From the NCBI GenBank assembly GCA_046538485.1, contig JBKHIT010000008.1, forward strand, positions 32,001 to 96,000: 64,000 bases of DNA, written 5' to 3'. This document shows positions 41,305 through 51,809 of this stretch, piece by piece. The notes below the pieces were generated by a model that saw nothing but the letters and a program-made list of their open reading frames with translations, was not told the DNA's origin and made no database searches. This DNA comes from Candidatus Brocadiia bacterium (GTDB lineage Bacteria > Planctomycetota > Brocadiia > SM23-32). How positions within the stretch are numbered: the stretch's first letter is position 1; each line of letters opens with the position of its first letter. Position numbers and translations under genes: made by a program.

Positions 41305-43140
41305 ATGAGTAAAGAAAGAGATTTTTTAAGGCAAAATCTGAGTGAGGAAAATTGCCAGAAACTTTTCGCAATCGATATCCCGTTTCTTGAGCAGTTTGTC
41401 GCAAAATATGTCGAGCTGGGGCAACCGGAAAGCGTTTTCGTAGCAACAGACTCCGACGAAGACGTTGAGTATGTCCGCCGACTTGCCGTCGAAACCGGCG
41501 AGGAACAGGAGCTGAACACACCCGGCCACACGGTCCATTTTGATGGCTATTACGATCAGGCCCGCGATAAAGAAAACACAAAATACCTGCTTGCCCCGGA
41601 AACCGATCTCGGTGAACGGCTGAACTCTGTTGACAAAGAAACAGGACTCAAGGAAGTGCACGAGTTCCTGGAAGGAAGCATGAAAAGCAAAGAATTGCTG
41701 GTCAGATTTTTCTGCTTGGGCCCGCAGAGTTCGCCCTTCTCGATCCGAGCCGTGCAGCTCACTGACAGCCCGTATGTTGCCCACAGCGAAGATATCCTCT
41801 ACCGACGCGGTTACGATGAATTTCTTCAGATGGATTTGACAGATTCCTTTTTCCGCTTTGTCCATAGCGAAGGGAAACTCGAAGAAGGTGTCAGCACTGA
41901 AGTTGACAAAAGGCGTGTCTATATTGATCTGGATGAGGACATTGTATACAGCTCCAATACCCAGTACGGCGGCAATACCATCGGACTCAAAAAGCTGGCG
42001 CTGCGCCTCGCAATAAACAAAGCTTCCCGGGAAGGGTGGCTCGCCGAACACATGCTCGTTGCGGGCATTCATGGTCCCAATAATCGCGTGACTTATTTCA
42101 CAGGCGCCTATCCTTCTGCGTGCGGTAAAACATCGACGGCCATGCTACCCGGTGAATCGGTTGTCGGCGACGACATTGCGTACCTGCGGCCTATCGACGG
42201 GAAACTTCGTGCGGCTAACGTGGAATCCGGAATCTTTGGTATTATCCGCGATGTGAACACTGATGACGACCCCATAATCTGGGATGCGCTCCATAGACCG
42301 GCAGAGATAATCTTCTCAAATGTGCTGGTCGGCGATGATAATAACCCGTACTGGCTCGGCATGGGTGAAGAAATCCCCGACCACGGCCGCAACCACAGCG
42401 GGGAATGGCATGCCGGCAAAACAGATAACGAAGGCAGAGAAATTACGCCGTCTCACAAAAATGCAAGGTATACTTTGCATCTGGAAAGTCTCTCAAATTG
42501 CGATCCCCACCTTCACGACCCCGAGGGAGTGGAGGTCAGCGGCATAATTTACGGCGGCCGCGACTCCGATACGTCGGTTCCCGTTGAACAGGCTTTCGAT
42601 TGGACACACGGAATCATTACAAAAGGCGCCAGCCTGGAATCCGAGACAACCGCAGCGACCCTGGGGGAAGAAGGGGTCCGGGTTTTCCAACCCATGTCCA
42701 ATATCGATTTCGTCTCTATCCCGCTCGGCCAGTACATTCAAAACAACATCGATGCGGTGAAAGGCCTGGATTCCGAACCCATTATTTTTGGGGTCAATTA
42801 TTTCCTGAAAGGCGAAAACGGAGATTACCTGAACGGAATGCATGATAAGCGGGTCTGGTTGAAATGGATGGAACTTCGGGTCCACGATGAAGTCGAGGCC
42901 CTGGAACGGCCGACCGGGCTTATCCCAAGATATGAAGACCTCGCCAGCCTGTTCGATACCATCCTGGGTCAGAGCTATTCCCGGGTTGAATACGAGGAAC
43001 AGTTCAGACTCCGCATCCCGGAGAATCTGGCCAAAATAGACAGAATCGAACAGGTCTACAGGGAAAGCGTTCCCGATACTCCTGACATTCTTTTTGAGGC
43101 CCTGGAAGCGCAGCGAAAAAGGTTGGAATCCGCGAGGTAA
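41305..43140 (+). CDS. pckG: Phosphoenolpyruvate carboxykinase (GTP)
   Basis: LTDSPYV, YGGN, WLAEHM, PSACGKT, VGDDIAY, HKNARY. Confidence 0.96.
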   Translation: MSKERDFLRQNLSEENCQKLFAIDIPFLEQFVAKYVELGQPESVFVATDSDEDVEYVRRLAVETGEEQELNTPGHTVHFDGYYDQARDKENTKYLLAPETDLGERLNSVDKETGLKEVHEFLEGSMKSKELLVRFFCLGPQSSPFSIRAVQLTDSPYVAHSEDILYRRGYDEFLQMDLTDSFFRFVHSEGKLEEGVSTEVDKRRVYIDLDEDIVYSSNTQYGGNTIGLKKLALRLAINKASREGWLAEHMLVAGIHGPNNRVTYFTGAYPSACGKTSTAMLPGESVVGDDIAYLRPIDGKLRAANVESGIFGIIRDVNTDDDPIIWDALHRPAEIIFSNVLVGDDNNPYWLGMGEEIPDHGRNHSGEWHAGKTDNEGREITPSHKNARYTLHLESLSNCDPHLHDPEGVEVSGIIYGGRDSDTSVPVEQAFDWTHGIITKGASLESETTAATLGEEGVRVFQPMSNIDFVSIPLGQYIQNNIDAVKGLDSEPIIFGVNYFLKGENGDYLNGMHDKRVWLKWMELRVHDEVEALERPTGLIPRYEDLASLFDTILGQSYSRVEYEEQFRLRIPENLAKIDRIEQVYRESVPDTPDILFEALEAQRKRLESAR

Positions 43141-43360
43141 AATGCCCGTATTGTACGAGGGGCGCGTTTGCCTTGTTCGGTGGTTTCTTTTTCCTGGCTC
43201 CACTGCTGGAGCCAGAACCCACATAGGCGGGGTGCGATCCCCCGTTTGAGCCAGCAAATCCATTCGCAAACAGCAGATGCTGGCAAATGGCCTGGAACTC
43301 TCCTTAGAATAATCCTGACCCGTAGATGCGAGCAGGCCCACTGGACTGGGCGATGTTTCC

Positions 43361-44263
43361 ATGAATATGAAGGCGCACGAAAAACGATGGACGCTTCTCG
43401 AACTACTCAACTGGACGACCGAGTATTTCGACGAAAAGGGCATCGAAAACGCGCGCTTAAATGCGGAATTGCTGCTCAGTGAGGTCACTGGCATGGAGCG
43501 TGTCATGTTGTATGCACGTTTCGAAAAAGTGATCCCCGAAGAACAGCGAAATGATTTCCGCAGACTCGTCAGTCGTCGGGCTGATCGATGCCCCGTGCAA
43601 TACATTCTCGGAAACACGGAATTCTACGGCCGCGAGTTCAAGGTGAGCCCCGCGGTGATGATCCCTCGGCAAGAGACGGAACAGGTCGTGGATAAGTGCC
43701 TCGAAAAATTGCCTGAAAACTGTGATGGTATCCTGGCTGCTGACGTGGGAACGGGAAGCGGCGCGATTGCCGTCACGCTGGCCAGGGAAAAACCACAGCT
43801 GAGAATGATAGCAACGGATTCCAGTTCCGACGCTCTCGGCATCGCGGCCGAAAATGCGCGTCGGCATGGTGTCGAAGATCGAATTCGTTTCGAAGAAGGT
43901 CACCTCTGCGAACCGATAGAAAACCTCTCTGAACAGGGGGAAACCCCTCTCTACCTGCTCGCAAGTAACCCTCCCTACATTCCCTCAAATGAAATTGAAA
44001 ACCTTCAGCCGGAGGTGAAAGATTTCGAACCGCGGAAAGCGCTTGATGGAGGGGAAGACGGACTGGCCGCAATACGCGAGCTACTCCCGCTGGGAGCAAA
44101 ACTGCTTACCTCCGACGGATGGTTTGTCCTGGAGGTCGGTGAAGGACAGGCGGACGATGTCCGCGAGTATATTCGTGAAACCGATAATCTAAATGGGGAT
44201 AACGTGGAAATAACAAAAGATCTGGGCGGTCACAAAAGGGTTTTGGCTGCCCAAAAGAATTGA
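43361..44263 (+). CDS. prmC: Release factor glutamine methyltransferase
   Basis: PVQYILG, IPRQETE, DVGTGSGAIA, SNPPY, ALDGGEDGL. Confidence 0.96.
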   Translation: MNMKAHEKRWTLLELLNWTTEYFDEKGIENARLNAELLLSEVTGMERVMLYARFEKVIPEEQRNDFRRLVSRRADRCPVQYILGNTEFYGREFKVSPAVMIPRQETEQVVDKCLEKLPENCDGILAADVGTGSGAIAVTLAREKPQLRMIATDSSSDALGIAAENARRHGVEDRIRFEEGHLCEPIENLSEQGETPLYLLASNPPYIPSNEIENLQPEVKDFEPRKALDGGEDGLAAIRELLPLGAKLLTSDGWFVLEVGEGQADDVREYIRETDNLNGDNVEITKDLGGHKRVLAAQKN

Positions 44264-44285
44264 TGAACTGAAGTAAAGGAAAAAA

Positions 44286-45602
44286 ATGGCGAAGCTGACC
44301 ATACGAGGCGGCAAAGTACTGAACGGAAAGGTTCGAATTAACGGGGCAAAAAACGCATCCCTGCCCATTATGGCAGCCACGCTCCTCACAGAAGGCACAA
44401 CAGTCCTCAATCGGGTGCCCAGACTCCGGGATATCCACACTCTGGGGAAAATACTTGACGCGCTCGGACTCGAAAACGAACGGACGGACTCCGATACAAT
44501 ACGGATGCAGGTGGTGGATGAAACCAATTGCACCTGCCCCCATGATCCTGCAATCGAAATGCGTGCCAGCGTCTGCATCCTTGGTCCCCTGTTGGCCCGC
44601 CGAGGAAAAGCGGAAGTCCCTCTGCCCGGCGGATGTGTCATCGGCGAGCGTCCCATTGACCTCCATCTTAAAGGGCTCCGGGCACTTGGTGCCGAAATTG
44701 AACAGAAAAACGGTTACGTCTTTGCCAAAGCCGATAAACTCGTCGGTAATCGCATCTATATGGGAGGTCCCCGTGGTTCAACGGTTCTGGGCACTGCCAA
44801 TGTCATGATGGCAGCCACTCTCGCCGAAGGTGTCACAACCATCGAGCATGCCGCCTGTGAGCCCGAAATCCGGGACCTTGCCAATTACCTGACGGCCTGC
44901 GGCGCGCTTATCGAAGGCGCCGGCACCAACACCCTCACCATCGAAGGGGTAAAACGTCTGGAAGGCACATTGCACCGCGTGATCCCTGATCGGATTGAAG
45001 CCGGGACCTTCGCCTGCATGGCGGCAGTCGCTGGCGATGAAGTTGTGCTCGAAGGCGCCCGCCCCGATCATATGTCAGCGATAATGGATACCATGGAAAA
45101 TATGGGTGTAAAATTCAAGGTTCACGATAAAGGCATTACCGTTCTGCCCCCTGAAAAGCTGATAGCAAGTGACATTACAGCTCTGCCCTACCCCGGCCTT
45201 CCCACAGATATACAGCCACAGTTGATGGCTGCGCTCACCCAGGCAGATGGAACCAGTGTGGTGACAGACTCAGTCTTCCCCGATCGTTTCACCCAGGTCG
45301 GAGAACTGCATCGACTCGGTGCAGATATCGTGAAACAGGGCCCGCAGGCCGTGGTGAAAGGCCCCGCTCAACTTACCGGAGCCCCCGTGACCGCACGGGA
45401 CTTGCGAGGAGGAGCAAGCCTCGTTATCGCCGCCCTCATCGCGGAAGGAGAAACAACAATCGACGGGATGGCTCATGTAGATCGCGGCTACGAATGCATT
45501 GAAAATAGACTGGCCACCATAGGAGCCGACGTAACCCGTCAGGGAAACGCCCCCTTCGAAGTGGGACAGATGCAGTTGCCGTTCAAACGAGCCGCTTCCT
45601 GA
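44286..45602 (+). CDS. murA: UDP-N-acetylglucosamine 1-carboxyvinyltransferase
   Basis: GAKNA, MRAS, LPGGCVIGERPIDLH, PDRIEAGT, DLRGGA, DRGY. Confidence 0.97.
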   Translation: MAKLTIRGGKVLNGKVRINGAKNASLPIMAATLLTEGTTVLNRVPRLRDIHTLGKILDALGLENERTDSDTIRMQVVDETNCTCPHDPAIEMRASVCILGPLLARRGKAEVPLPGGCVIGERPIDLHLKGLRALGAEIEQKNGYVFAKADKLVGNRIYMGGPRGSTVLGTANVMMAATLAEGVTTIEHAACEPEIRDLANYLTACGALIEGAGTNTLTIEGVKRLEGTLHRVIPDRIEAGTFACMAAVAGDEVVLEGARPDHMSAIMDTMENMGVKFKVHDKGITVLPPEKLIASDITALPYPGLPTDIQPQLMAALTQADGTSVVTDSVFPDRFTQVGELHRLGADIVKQGPQAVVKGPAQLTGAPVTARDLRGGASLVIAALIAEGETTIDGMAHVDRGYECIENRLATIGADVTRQGNAPFEVGQMQLPFKRAAS

Positions 45603-46014
45603 ACGTAATACCCCGCTGAAATACGGTTTTCGAATCCCCTCTGCCCACGGATAACCCGTCTCTCGCGCTGCGAGGAAAGTGCCCCGCAAATACTGCCATT
45701 GGGTGCAGACTTTTTTAGCCCGCATTTCTCACGAACCTGAAGGTATAATTATTATAAACGGCCGCCAGAAAGACTTTGCACTATATTTCGCATCTGATCT
45801 CAGTACACAGTGCGTTATCTGAGTCTAAAAACAGCGGTTCGTCCTCCGGGAGCGGGTTTATGCCGGCCACCGACGATACTGGAATCTGATATCCAAAGGA
45901 TCCGGCAACCGCTCTGCCACAGGCGAGGTACCATGGACAGTTTTACCGCAGGAGCCGGCCGCATTATAATGCTCTCATGAGGGGTCTCCCCTGCCACAAA
46001 ACACTGGAGCTAAC

Positions 46015-47325
46015 ATGGGAATACAAACATTAGGCGTAAGGATTTACGGAAAAGAGGATCTGAGACTTGAGAAATTCGAACTCCCTGAACCAAAAGATGA
46101 TGAAATCATAGCCGAAGTGATCTCCAACAGTATCTGCATGTCTTCGCACAAAGCAGCGGAGCAGGGGGAGGATCATAAACGCGTGCCCGATGATGTCGCG
46201 GAAAACCCCACTTTAATCGGCCACGAATTTTCGGGGCGACTCCTGAAAATCGGAGACAAATGGGCGGACCGTTTCGAACCCGGGCAAAAATTTGGGATCC
46301 AACCGGCGCTCAATTACAAAGGCTCACTCGACGCGCCTGGTTATTCCTACCAGTGGATCGCCGGCAACACTCAGAAAATCATCATCCCTCAGGAAGTTAT
46401 GCTGATGGACTGTCTCCTTCCCTATAAAGGTGATGCCTTTTTCAAAGCCTCTTTATCGGAACCTATGTCCTGTCTCATTGGAGCTTTTCGCGCCCAATGG
46501 CATTACGCCGAACCCGGCAAATACGAACACGAATTCGGGATCAAAGAAGGCGGACACTGCGCCCTGTTGGCCGCCGCCGGGCCGATGGGACAGGGGGCAA
46601 TAGATGTCGCTCTGCACGCCGACAGGCAACCGGCGAAATTGTTGGTAACTGACATCGATCCGGATCGATTGGCGCGCGCCAAACAACTATTCCCCGAAAA
46701 AGAGGCCGCTTCTCAGGGCGTCGAGCTTGTTTTTCTAAACCCCGCTGAATTGCCCGAAGGACAAGATCAGCTCGTCGACTACGTGCGCGATTTCACCGAT
46801 GGAGAAATGATGGATGACGTCTTTGTGTTCTTCCCCCATCCAGGGGTGATCGCACAGGGAGATAGTTTACTGGCGCGTGACGGATGCCTGAATTTCTTCG
46901 CCGGCCCGCAGGAAAAAGATTTCAGCGCCCCTATTAACTTCTACGACGTCCATTACGAACGCCACCATATCGTCGGTACAAGCGGGGGGAATACTGAAGA
47001 TATGCGCATCGCCCTCCACCTCATGGGAGAGAATCGGGTCAATCCCGCCGGAATGATCACTCACGTTGGCGGCCTGAATTGTGTGCCACAAACAATTCTG
47101 GATCTGCCGGATATCCCGGGCGGCAAAAAGCTTATCTATACTCACGTGCGCATGCCGCTGAGGGCAATTGATGAGTTCGAGGATGCTGCCGAAGAAGCCG
47201 ATGAGCCCCTGAAAAGTGTCTTCAGCGAGCTGGCAAAAATCTGCGAGAAAAAGGGCGGGCTCTGGTGCACCGAAGCCGAGGAATTCCTGCTGAGCTGCGA
47301 AGATATTCGACTGGAAGATGTCTGA
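46015..47325 (+). CDS. Zinc-binding dehydrogenase, L-sorbose-1-phosphate reductase-like
   Basis: SICMSSHKA, GHEF, AGPMG, NFYDVHY, GTSGGN, IPGGKKLIY. Confidence 0.85.
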   Translation: MGIQTLGVRIYGKEDLRLEKFELPEPKDDEIIAEVISNSICMSSHKAAEQGEDHKRVPDDVAENPTLIGHEFSGRLLKIGDKWADRFEPGQKFGIQPALNYKGSLDAPGYSYQWIAGNTQKIIIPQEVMLMDCLLPYKGDAFFKASLSEPMSCLIGAFRAQWHYAEPGKYEHEFGIKEGGHCALLAAAGPMGQGAIDVALHADRQPAKLLVTDIDPDRLARAKQLFPEKEAASQGVELVFLNPAELPEGQDQLVDYVRDFTDGEMMDDVFVFFPHPGVIAQGDSLLARDGCLNFFAGPQEKDFSAPINFYDVHYERHHIVGTSGGNTEDMRIALHLMGENRVNPAGMITHVGGLNCVPQTILDLPDIPGGKKLIYTHVRMPLRAIDEFEDAAEEADEPLKSVFSELAKICEKKGGLWCTEAEEFLLSCEDIRLEDV

Positions 47326-47484
47326 CAGTTCTGGAACCGGGTCCCGCCCGAGTGAAACGCCGGGAAACGCCAATTGACTTTCCGGCGAACGATGCCCCGG
47401 TCTGTCATAAATAGTCTCAGCGTATGGCTGATTGCTTATCAGCGTCCCGGACACCCTTCAATCCTGATTATTCCAGATCCTGAG

Positions 47485-48864
47485 ATGTGCGCTAAAGACA
47501 CCATCATAGCTGTCTCGACACCGCGCGGGTTTGCATTACGGTCGATCATCCGCCTGAGCGGGGAGAAAGCCCTGAACATCGCGGAAAACAGCTTCGTCCC
47601 GGACGGCACGGGCACCGGCTGGATGCAAACGTATCGGGCAACAACCGGGGATCTTGTGTTCCAGCGTGAGAACCTTCGCGTTCCGGCGACGATTTACGTT
47701 ATGAAAGGGCCAAAATCCTATACTCGTGAGGATGTGATAGAATTCCATCTGCCAGGTTCTCCGGCAATTTTGGATATGGTGCTCGACGAGTTTCTGGAGC
47801 GGAATGAGGCATTGCGCCTTGCGCGGCCCGGTGAATTTACTCAGAGGGCTTTTCTGAACGGAAGAATCGATCTCACCCAGGCCGAGGCCGTCCTGTCCGT
47901 TATCCGGGCCCGCAACGAAGCTGAGCTGGTTGCTGCAAACGCAAAACTGGCCGGAAAGGTCAGCGACGAATGCCATAAACTTCAGGATCAGATCGGAGAA
48001 CTCCGGGCCAGAACGGAAGCGGCGCTGGATTTTGCCCAGCACGGTATCGACCTGATCGGAAAGTCTGAATTCATATCCCGATGCGAAGAAATCAGGGAGC
48101 GGTTGGAACAACAGCTGAACGAAGGCCGTGGCGAGCTGGCGAGTGACGGACGCGTTCATGTCGTGCTCTGTGGTCCACCGAACGCAGGCAAATCCAGCCT
48201 GCTCAACCGCCTCGCTGAAGACGATGTGGCTCTGGTCCATGAGGTGCCCGGTACCACCCGCGATGCTGTTCAGGGCGAGGCTGAGATCGAAGGGATTTGT
48301 TTCTCAATTACAGATACCGCGGGTTTGCGGGATGAGGCCGGGAAACTGGAAGAAGAGGCCGGAAATCGGGCCCGCTCACTTGCGGCCGGAGCGCAATTAC
48401 TCGTCCTGGTGCTGGACGGGTCGCAGGAACTTCCCCACGACGCTCTTGATCCGGCAAAAGGCACTGACCCAGAACGGGTCCTCTGCGTGATTAACAAATG
48501 CGACCTTCCGGAGGTCCTTGATGAAAAACCGCTGGAAGACGTGGCGTGGGAGGCGGTTCACGTTTCGGCGCTGACCGGGGAAGGGATGGACAAGTTAGAA
48601 TCGGCTCTGGGCCGGGTTGTGATGCAGGGCCGCCTGGATGCCTCGGCGGCCGACTGTCTTTTCAACGCCCGCCAGCGCGAGTCGGTTCGCCGTGCGGCGG
48701 CTTGTCTGCATGATGCGTCGTCGGCCGTGCAAGGCAGCATGGGTTATGAATTCGCAGCCCTCGATCTGCGCGAAGCCAACGAAGCATTGGGCGAAGTCAC
48801 CGGGCAGGTCGAGCCCCAGGATGTTCTTGATCGTGTTTTCAGTCGTTTCTGTATCGGAAAATAA
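47485..48864 (+). CDS. mnmE: tRNA modification GTPase MnmE
   Basis: SYTREDV, PGEFTQRAFLNGRIDL, GPPNAGKSS, GTTRD, NKCD, FCIGK. Confidence 0.97.
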   Translation: MCAKDTIIAVSTPRGFALRSIIRLSGEKALNIAENSFVPDGTGTGWMQTYRATTGDLVFQRENLRVPATIYVMKGPKSYTREDVIEFHLPGSPAILDMVLDEFLERNEALRLARPGEFTQRAFLNGRIDLTQAEAVLSVIRARNEAELVAANAKLAGKVSDECHKLQDQIGELRARTEAALDFAQHGIDLIGKSEFISRCEEIRERLEQQLNEGRGELASDGRVHVVLCGPPNAGKSSLLNRLAEDDVALVHEVPGTTRDAVQGEAEIEGICFSITDTAGLRDEAGKLEEEAGNRARSLAAGAQLLVLVLDGSQELPHDALDPAKGTDPERVLCVINKCDLPEVLDEKPLEDVAWEAVHVSALTGEGMDKLESALGRVVMQGRLDASAADCLFNARQRESVRRAAACLHDASSAVQGSMGYEFAALDLREANEALGEVTGQVEPQDVLDRVFSRFCIGK

Positions 48865-48890
48865 GAATCTCTCTGAAACGGAGTCTCAGG

Positions 48891-49997
48891 ATGGTCTGGA
48901 ATGCAAATCTTCGGAAATTGGCAAAAGTTCTGGTTCAATACTCAACAAAAGTCGAGACGGGAGACGCTGTTGCCATTATGGGATCCGATCTCGCCGCGCC
49001 GCTTGTGCGTGAGGTTTACCGCGAGGTCCTGATCGCCGGTGGGCATCCTTCGGCCCTGTGCAAGCCGGCGGACCTTGATTACATTTTTTACCAGAATGCC
49101 AGCGAAGAGCAACTCGACCATAAACCCCCTGTTTTCAAGCATATTGCGGAGAACTTCGATGCGGTAATCCGTCTCGCTGGAGAACCGAACACAAAAGCGT
49201 TGAGCGGTGTCGATAGCCAGAAGATCGCATATCGTCAACACGCCACCGAAGAAGTAATGGCGACGTTTATGGAACGGGCGGCGGAGGAAAAGCTGAACTG
49301 GGTCCTGGCACAGTTTCCGACCCATTCTTGCGCGCAAGATGCTGAGATGTCGCTGACGGAATTCCAGGAATTCTATCTCAAAGCCTGCAAACTCAACTCC
49401 AAAGACCCGGTATCGGAATGGGAGAAAATGCAGCAGGTACAGGAGACGATAGTCGATTCTCTTGAGGATGTGAGCAGGATCCATATCCTTTCACAGGATA
49501 CTGATCTGAGAATGTCGACGGAAGGAAGAAAATGGATCAGCTGTGCCGGGCTGAAAAATTATCCCGACGGTGAAGTGTTCACCGGACCGGTTGAAGATAG
49601 CGCGGAAGGTCATATCAGATTCAATTTTCCGGGCATCTACTGCGGAAAAGAAATCCAGGATATCCGGCTGACGTTCGAAAACGGAGAAGTCAAAGAAGCG
49701 ACCGCGGGAAAAGGGCAGGATCTGCTCGAAGAGCTGATCGAGACCGATGAAGGAGCCAGCAAGCTGGGAGAACTTGGCGTGGGGACCAACAATGGGATCC
49801 AGCGATTTACCAAAAACATGCTCTTCGACGAGAAGATGGGCGGCACGATCCATCTGGCTCTGGGACGAGGATATCCAGAGAGCGGAAGCAAAAACGAATC
49901 CGGCATCCACTGGGATTTGTTGTGCGATATGAAAAACGAGGGCAAGATCTACGGCGACGAAGAGCTAATCTACGAGGACGGAAAGTTCACAATTTGA
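48891..49997 (+). CDS. M29 family aminopeptidase (AmpS/AmpT-like)
   Basis: NYPDGEVFTGP, LGELG, LFDEKMGGTIHLALG, SGIHWD. Confidence 0.93.
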   Translation: MVWNANLRKLAKVLVQYSTKVETGDAVAIMGSDLAAPLVREVYREVLIAGGHPSALCKPADLDYIFYQNASEEQLDHKPPVFKHIAENFDAVIRLAGEPNTKALSGVDSQKIAYRQHATEEVMATFMERAAEEKLNWVLAQFPTHSCAQDAEMSLTEFQEFYLKACKLNSKDPVSEWEKMQQVQETIVDSLEDVSRIHILSQDTDLRMSTEGRKWISCAGLKNYPDGEVFTGPVEDSAEGHIRFNFPGIYCGKEIQDIRLTFENGEVKEATAGKGQDLLEELIETDEGASKLGELGVGTNNGIQRFTKNMLFDEKMGGTIHLALGRGYPESGSKNESGIHWDLLCDMKNEGKIYGDEELIYEDGKFTI

Positions 49998-50044
49998 GCG
50001 CGCTCTCGTTGTCCCAAATTCCTTCCCCTGATTTTTTGGGCTAT

Positions 50045-50097
50045 GAGCAGACTGGACTTAAGTGCCGCTTCGCGGCGGCTGGAGTTCAGAATGCGGA
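50045..50097. repeat. REP-like element
   Basis: GAGCAGACTGGACTT...GGCTGGAGTTCAGAATGCGG, same family as 35687-35727. Confidence 0.7.
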
Positions 50098-50210
50098 CAA
50101 TTGTCGGAAAGGCTACGGAAGAACGAAATCTCCGAGACTGCCAGCACGGCAGTGGGGCTCGGCGCACGGTGCCCGTTCGTTGAAACCAGCCTCCGTCCCC
50201 TGACCTGGTT

Positions 50211-51275
50211 CTATCCACCCGCTTTGTTCACAACAATCCGCAGCCGAGAATCGTCCGAAGAAAGTTTTTCGCGGAGGATATCCTCTTCCCGAAATTGAGC
50301 CATAAGAATTTCCTCGGCGCCTCTCCGATCACGATCGTAGATTATGTAGATCAAACCGTCTTCCCGTTGCGCTCCGTCTGGATATGAAACCCCATCGCGT
50401 TCGTCGAGCATCAACCCGCCCTCCCAGGATTGCCCTTCATTATCGGAAAGAAACGCCATAAGGTGGCTGCGCCCGGTCCGGCGGTCGATGGGACCGTGTT
50501 TGCACAAAAGCAGATTGCCCGACTCCATTCGCCGAACAAAGAAACGTGAGGTCGGGTGTTCGATCCCAGAAGGTTCCACCGGGCTCCAAAATCGTCCCCG
50601 GTCGTGCGAGACACTTTCACCGATGCCATAAGAAGTGCGGACGAGCATCCAGAGATCGCCGTTTTTCCGTTCCACAACCATGTGCTCGTCGCAATTACGG
50701 TCCGCTTCCGACGGCACGTTCGCCTTGCCACGCAAATCCCAGGATTTTCCTTTATTGGTTGAAGCATGGACCTGCGCGCTCCCGTCCTGATGCCAGCGGG
50801 CTGTCGGGAGGAGCCAATCACCGGAGGAGAGAACAAGGGGTTTATTCATCATGATTCCATCACAGAGCCTCTGTGGCTCCGACCATTCGGGATCGTCGTC
50901 GTCGGATTTGTCTGTTTTGATGGCCCACACTCCGCTGCGTTCGTCCGTATGGCCCTCGTAACCCTGAGCCCAGAAAAGCCAGAGTTTTCCCTCGGGATCA
51001 TGCCACAGGCAGGGGTCAAAGGCTCGCACCGGACCATCTCCATCGGGATCGACAATCAGTTTTGTGTCGAATTGCCCTGCCCCTCCAGTTTTTCTCGTCG
51101 CGAGCAGGACGTAATTATGATGATCTTCACCTGTCCCTCCACCGTACCATGTTGCCCAGAGGCGGCCTGAGCGCGAGCATTCTATGCCGGGTATACCCTG
51201 GAACTGTCTTCGGGTTTTATCATATTCTTCGTCCGGTGGACCTGTTTTTTCCGGGGGTTTGAGGTAAGCTTCCAT
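50211..51275 (-). CDS. Sialidase/BNR-repeat family protein
   Basis: FQGIP, Asp-boxes STNKGKSW, SHDRGRFW, SDNEGQSW, and SYPD. Confidence 0.85.
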   Translation of the reverse strand: MEAYLKPPEKTGPPDEEYDKTRRQFQGIPGIECSRSGRLWATWYGGGTGEDHHNYVLLATRKTGGAGQFDTKLIVDPDGDGPVRAFDPCLWHDPEGKLWLFWAQGYEGHTDERSGVWAIKTDKSDDDDPEWSEPQRLCDGIMMNKPLVLSSGDWLLPTARWHQDGSAQVHASTNKGKSWDLRGKANVPSEADRNCDEHMVVERKNGDLWMLVRTSYGIGESVSHDRGRFWSPVEPSGIEHPTSRFFVRRMESGNLLLCKHGPIDRRTGRSHLMAFLSDNEGQSWEGGLMLDERDGVSYPDGAQREDGLIYIIYDRDRRGAEEILMAQFREEDILREKLSSDDSRLRIVVNKAGG

Positions 51276-51536
51276 TGCAGTATCCCACTTTAAATTCTGG
51301 AACCAGAGGCTTATCGGTATACCCGAAGCGATCTATTCCTGCAAAGGTGGCGCAGGTTTGCCCGCTGAAAAAAGATCCTTCCACCCGACGTGGGGCCGGC
51401 TGTTAAATCCGCGCAGCGGGTGGTACCGACCGGCATCGCAGGCTAAAGTGATATGGTTCGCAAATACGGCACCCTTCGAAGGCCCATGGGCATCCCACCC
51501 AACCCCGCCGGTTTACACCGGGGCTATAATGCCAGC

Positions 51537-51678
51537 GCCATCCGAGAGGGTTTTTGGGGGGCTTTCGGCCCAATGTCCACCGGTCGTGGATCCGTGCAGC
51601 GGACGGAACCCTCAACAGCCACGGATGTGAACCCGCAGGACAGGCAGACAAAAGAAACACTGAACCCGAACGGATGGC
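51537..51678 (+). ncRNA. Structured small RNA, 6S RNA-like rod
   Basis: Perfect 8-bp terminal pairing GCCATCCG/CGGATGGC and inner pairs GGGTTT/GAACCC, TGTCC/GGACA, TCGTGG/CCACGG around a central bubble. TATAAT at 51525-51530. Strand is inferred. Confidence 0.55.
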
Positions 51679-51756
51679 ACGGGCGTCGTCCACTCTTTGT
51701 TCGACTCACGTCCCGGTTCGCTACCGCTGAGTTGAACTCGAATTTTCAGCAGCACC

Positions 51757-51797
51757 AGCGGACTGGACTTCGGCCAGAGGCCGGAGGTCAGAATGCC
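51757..51797. repeat. Degenerate REP-like element
   Basis: AGCGGACTGGACTTCGGCCAGAGGCCGGAGGTCAGAATGC. Confidence 0.65.
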
Positions 51798-51809
51798 GAC
51801 AGTTATTCC

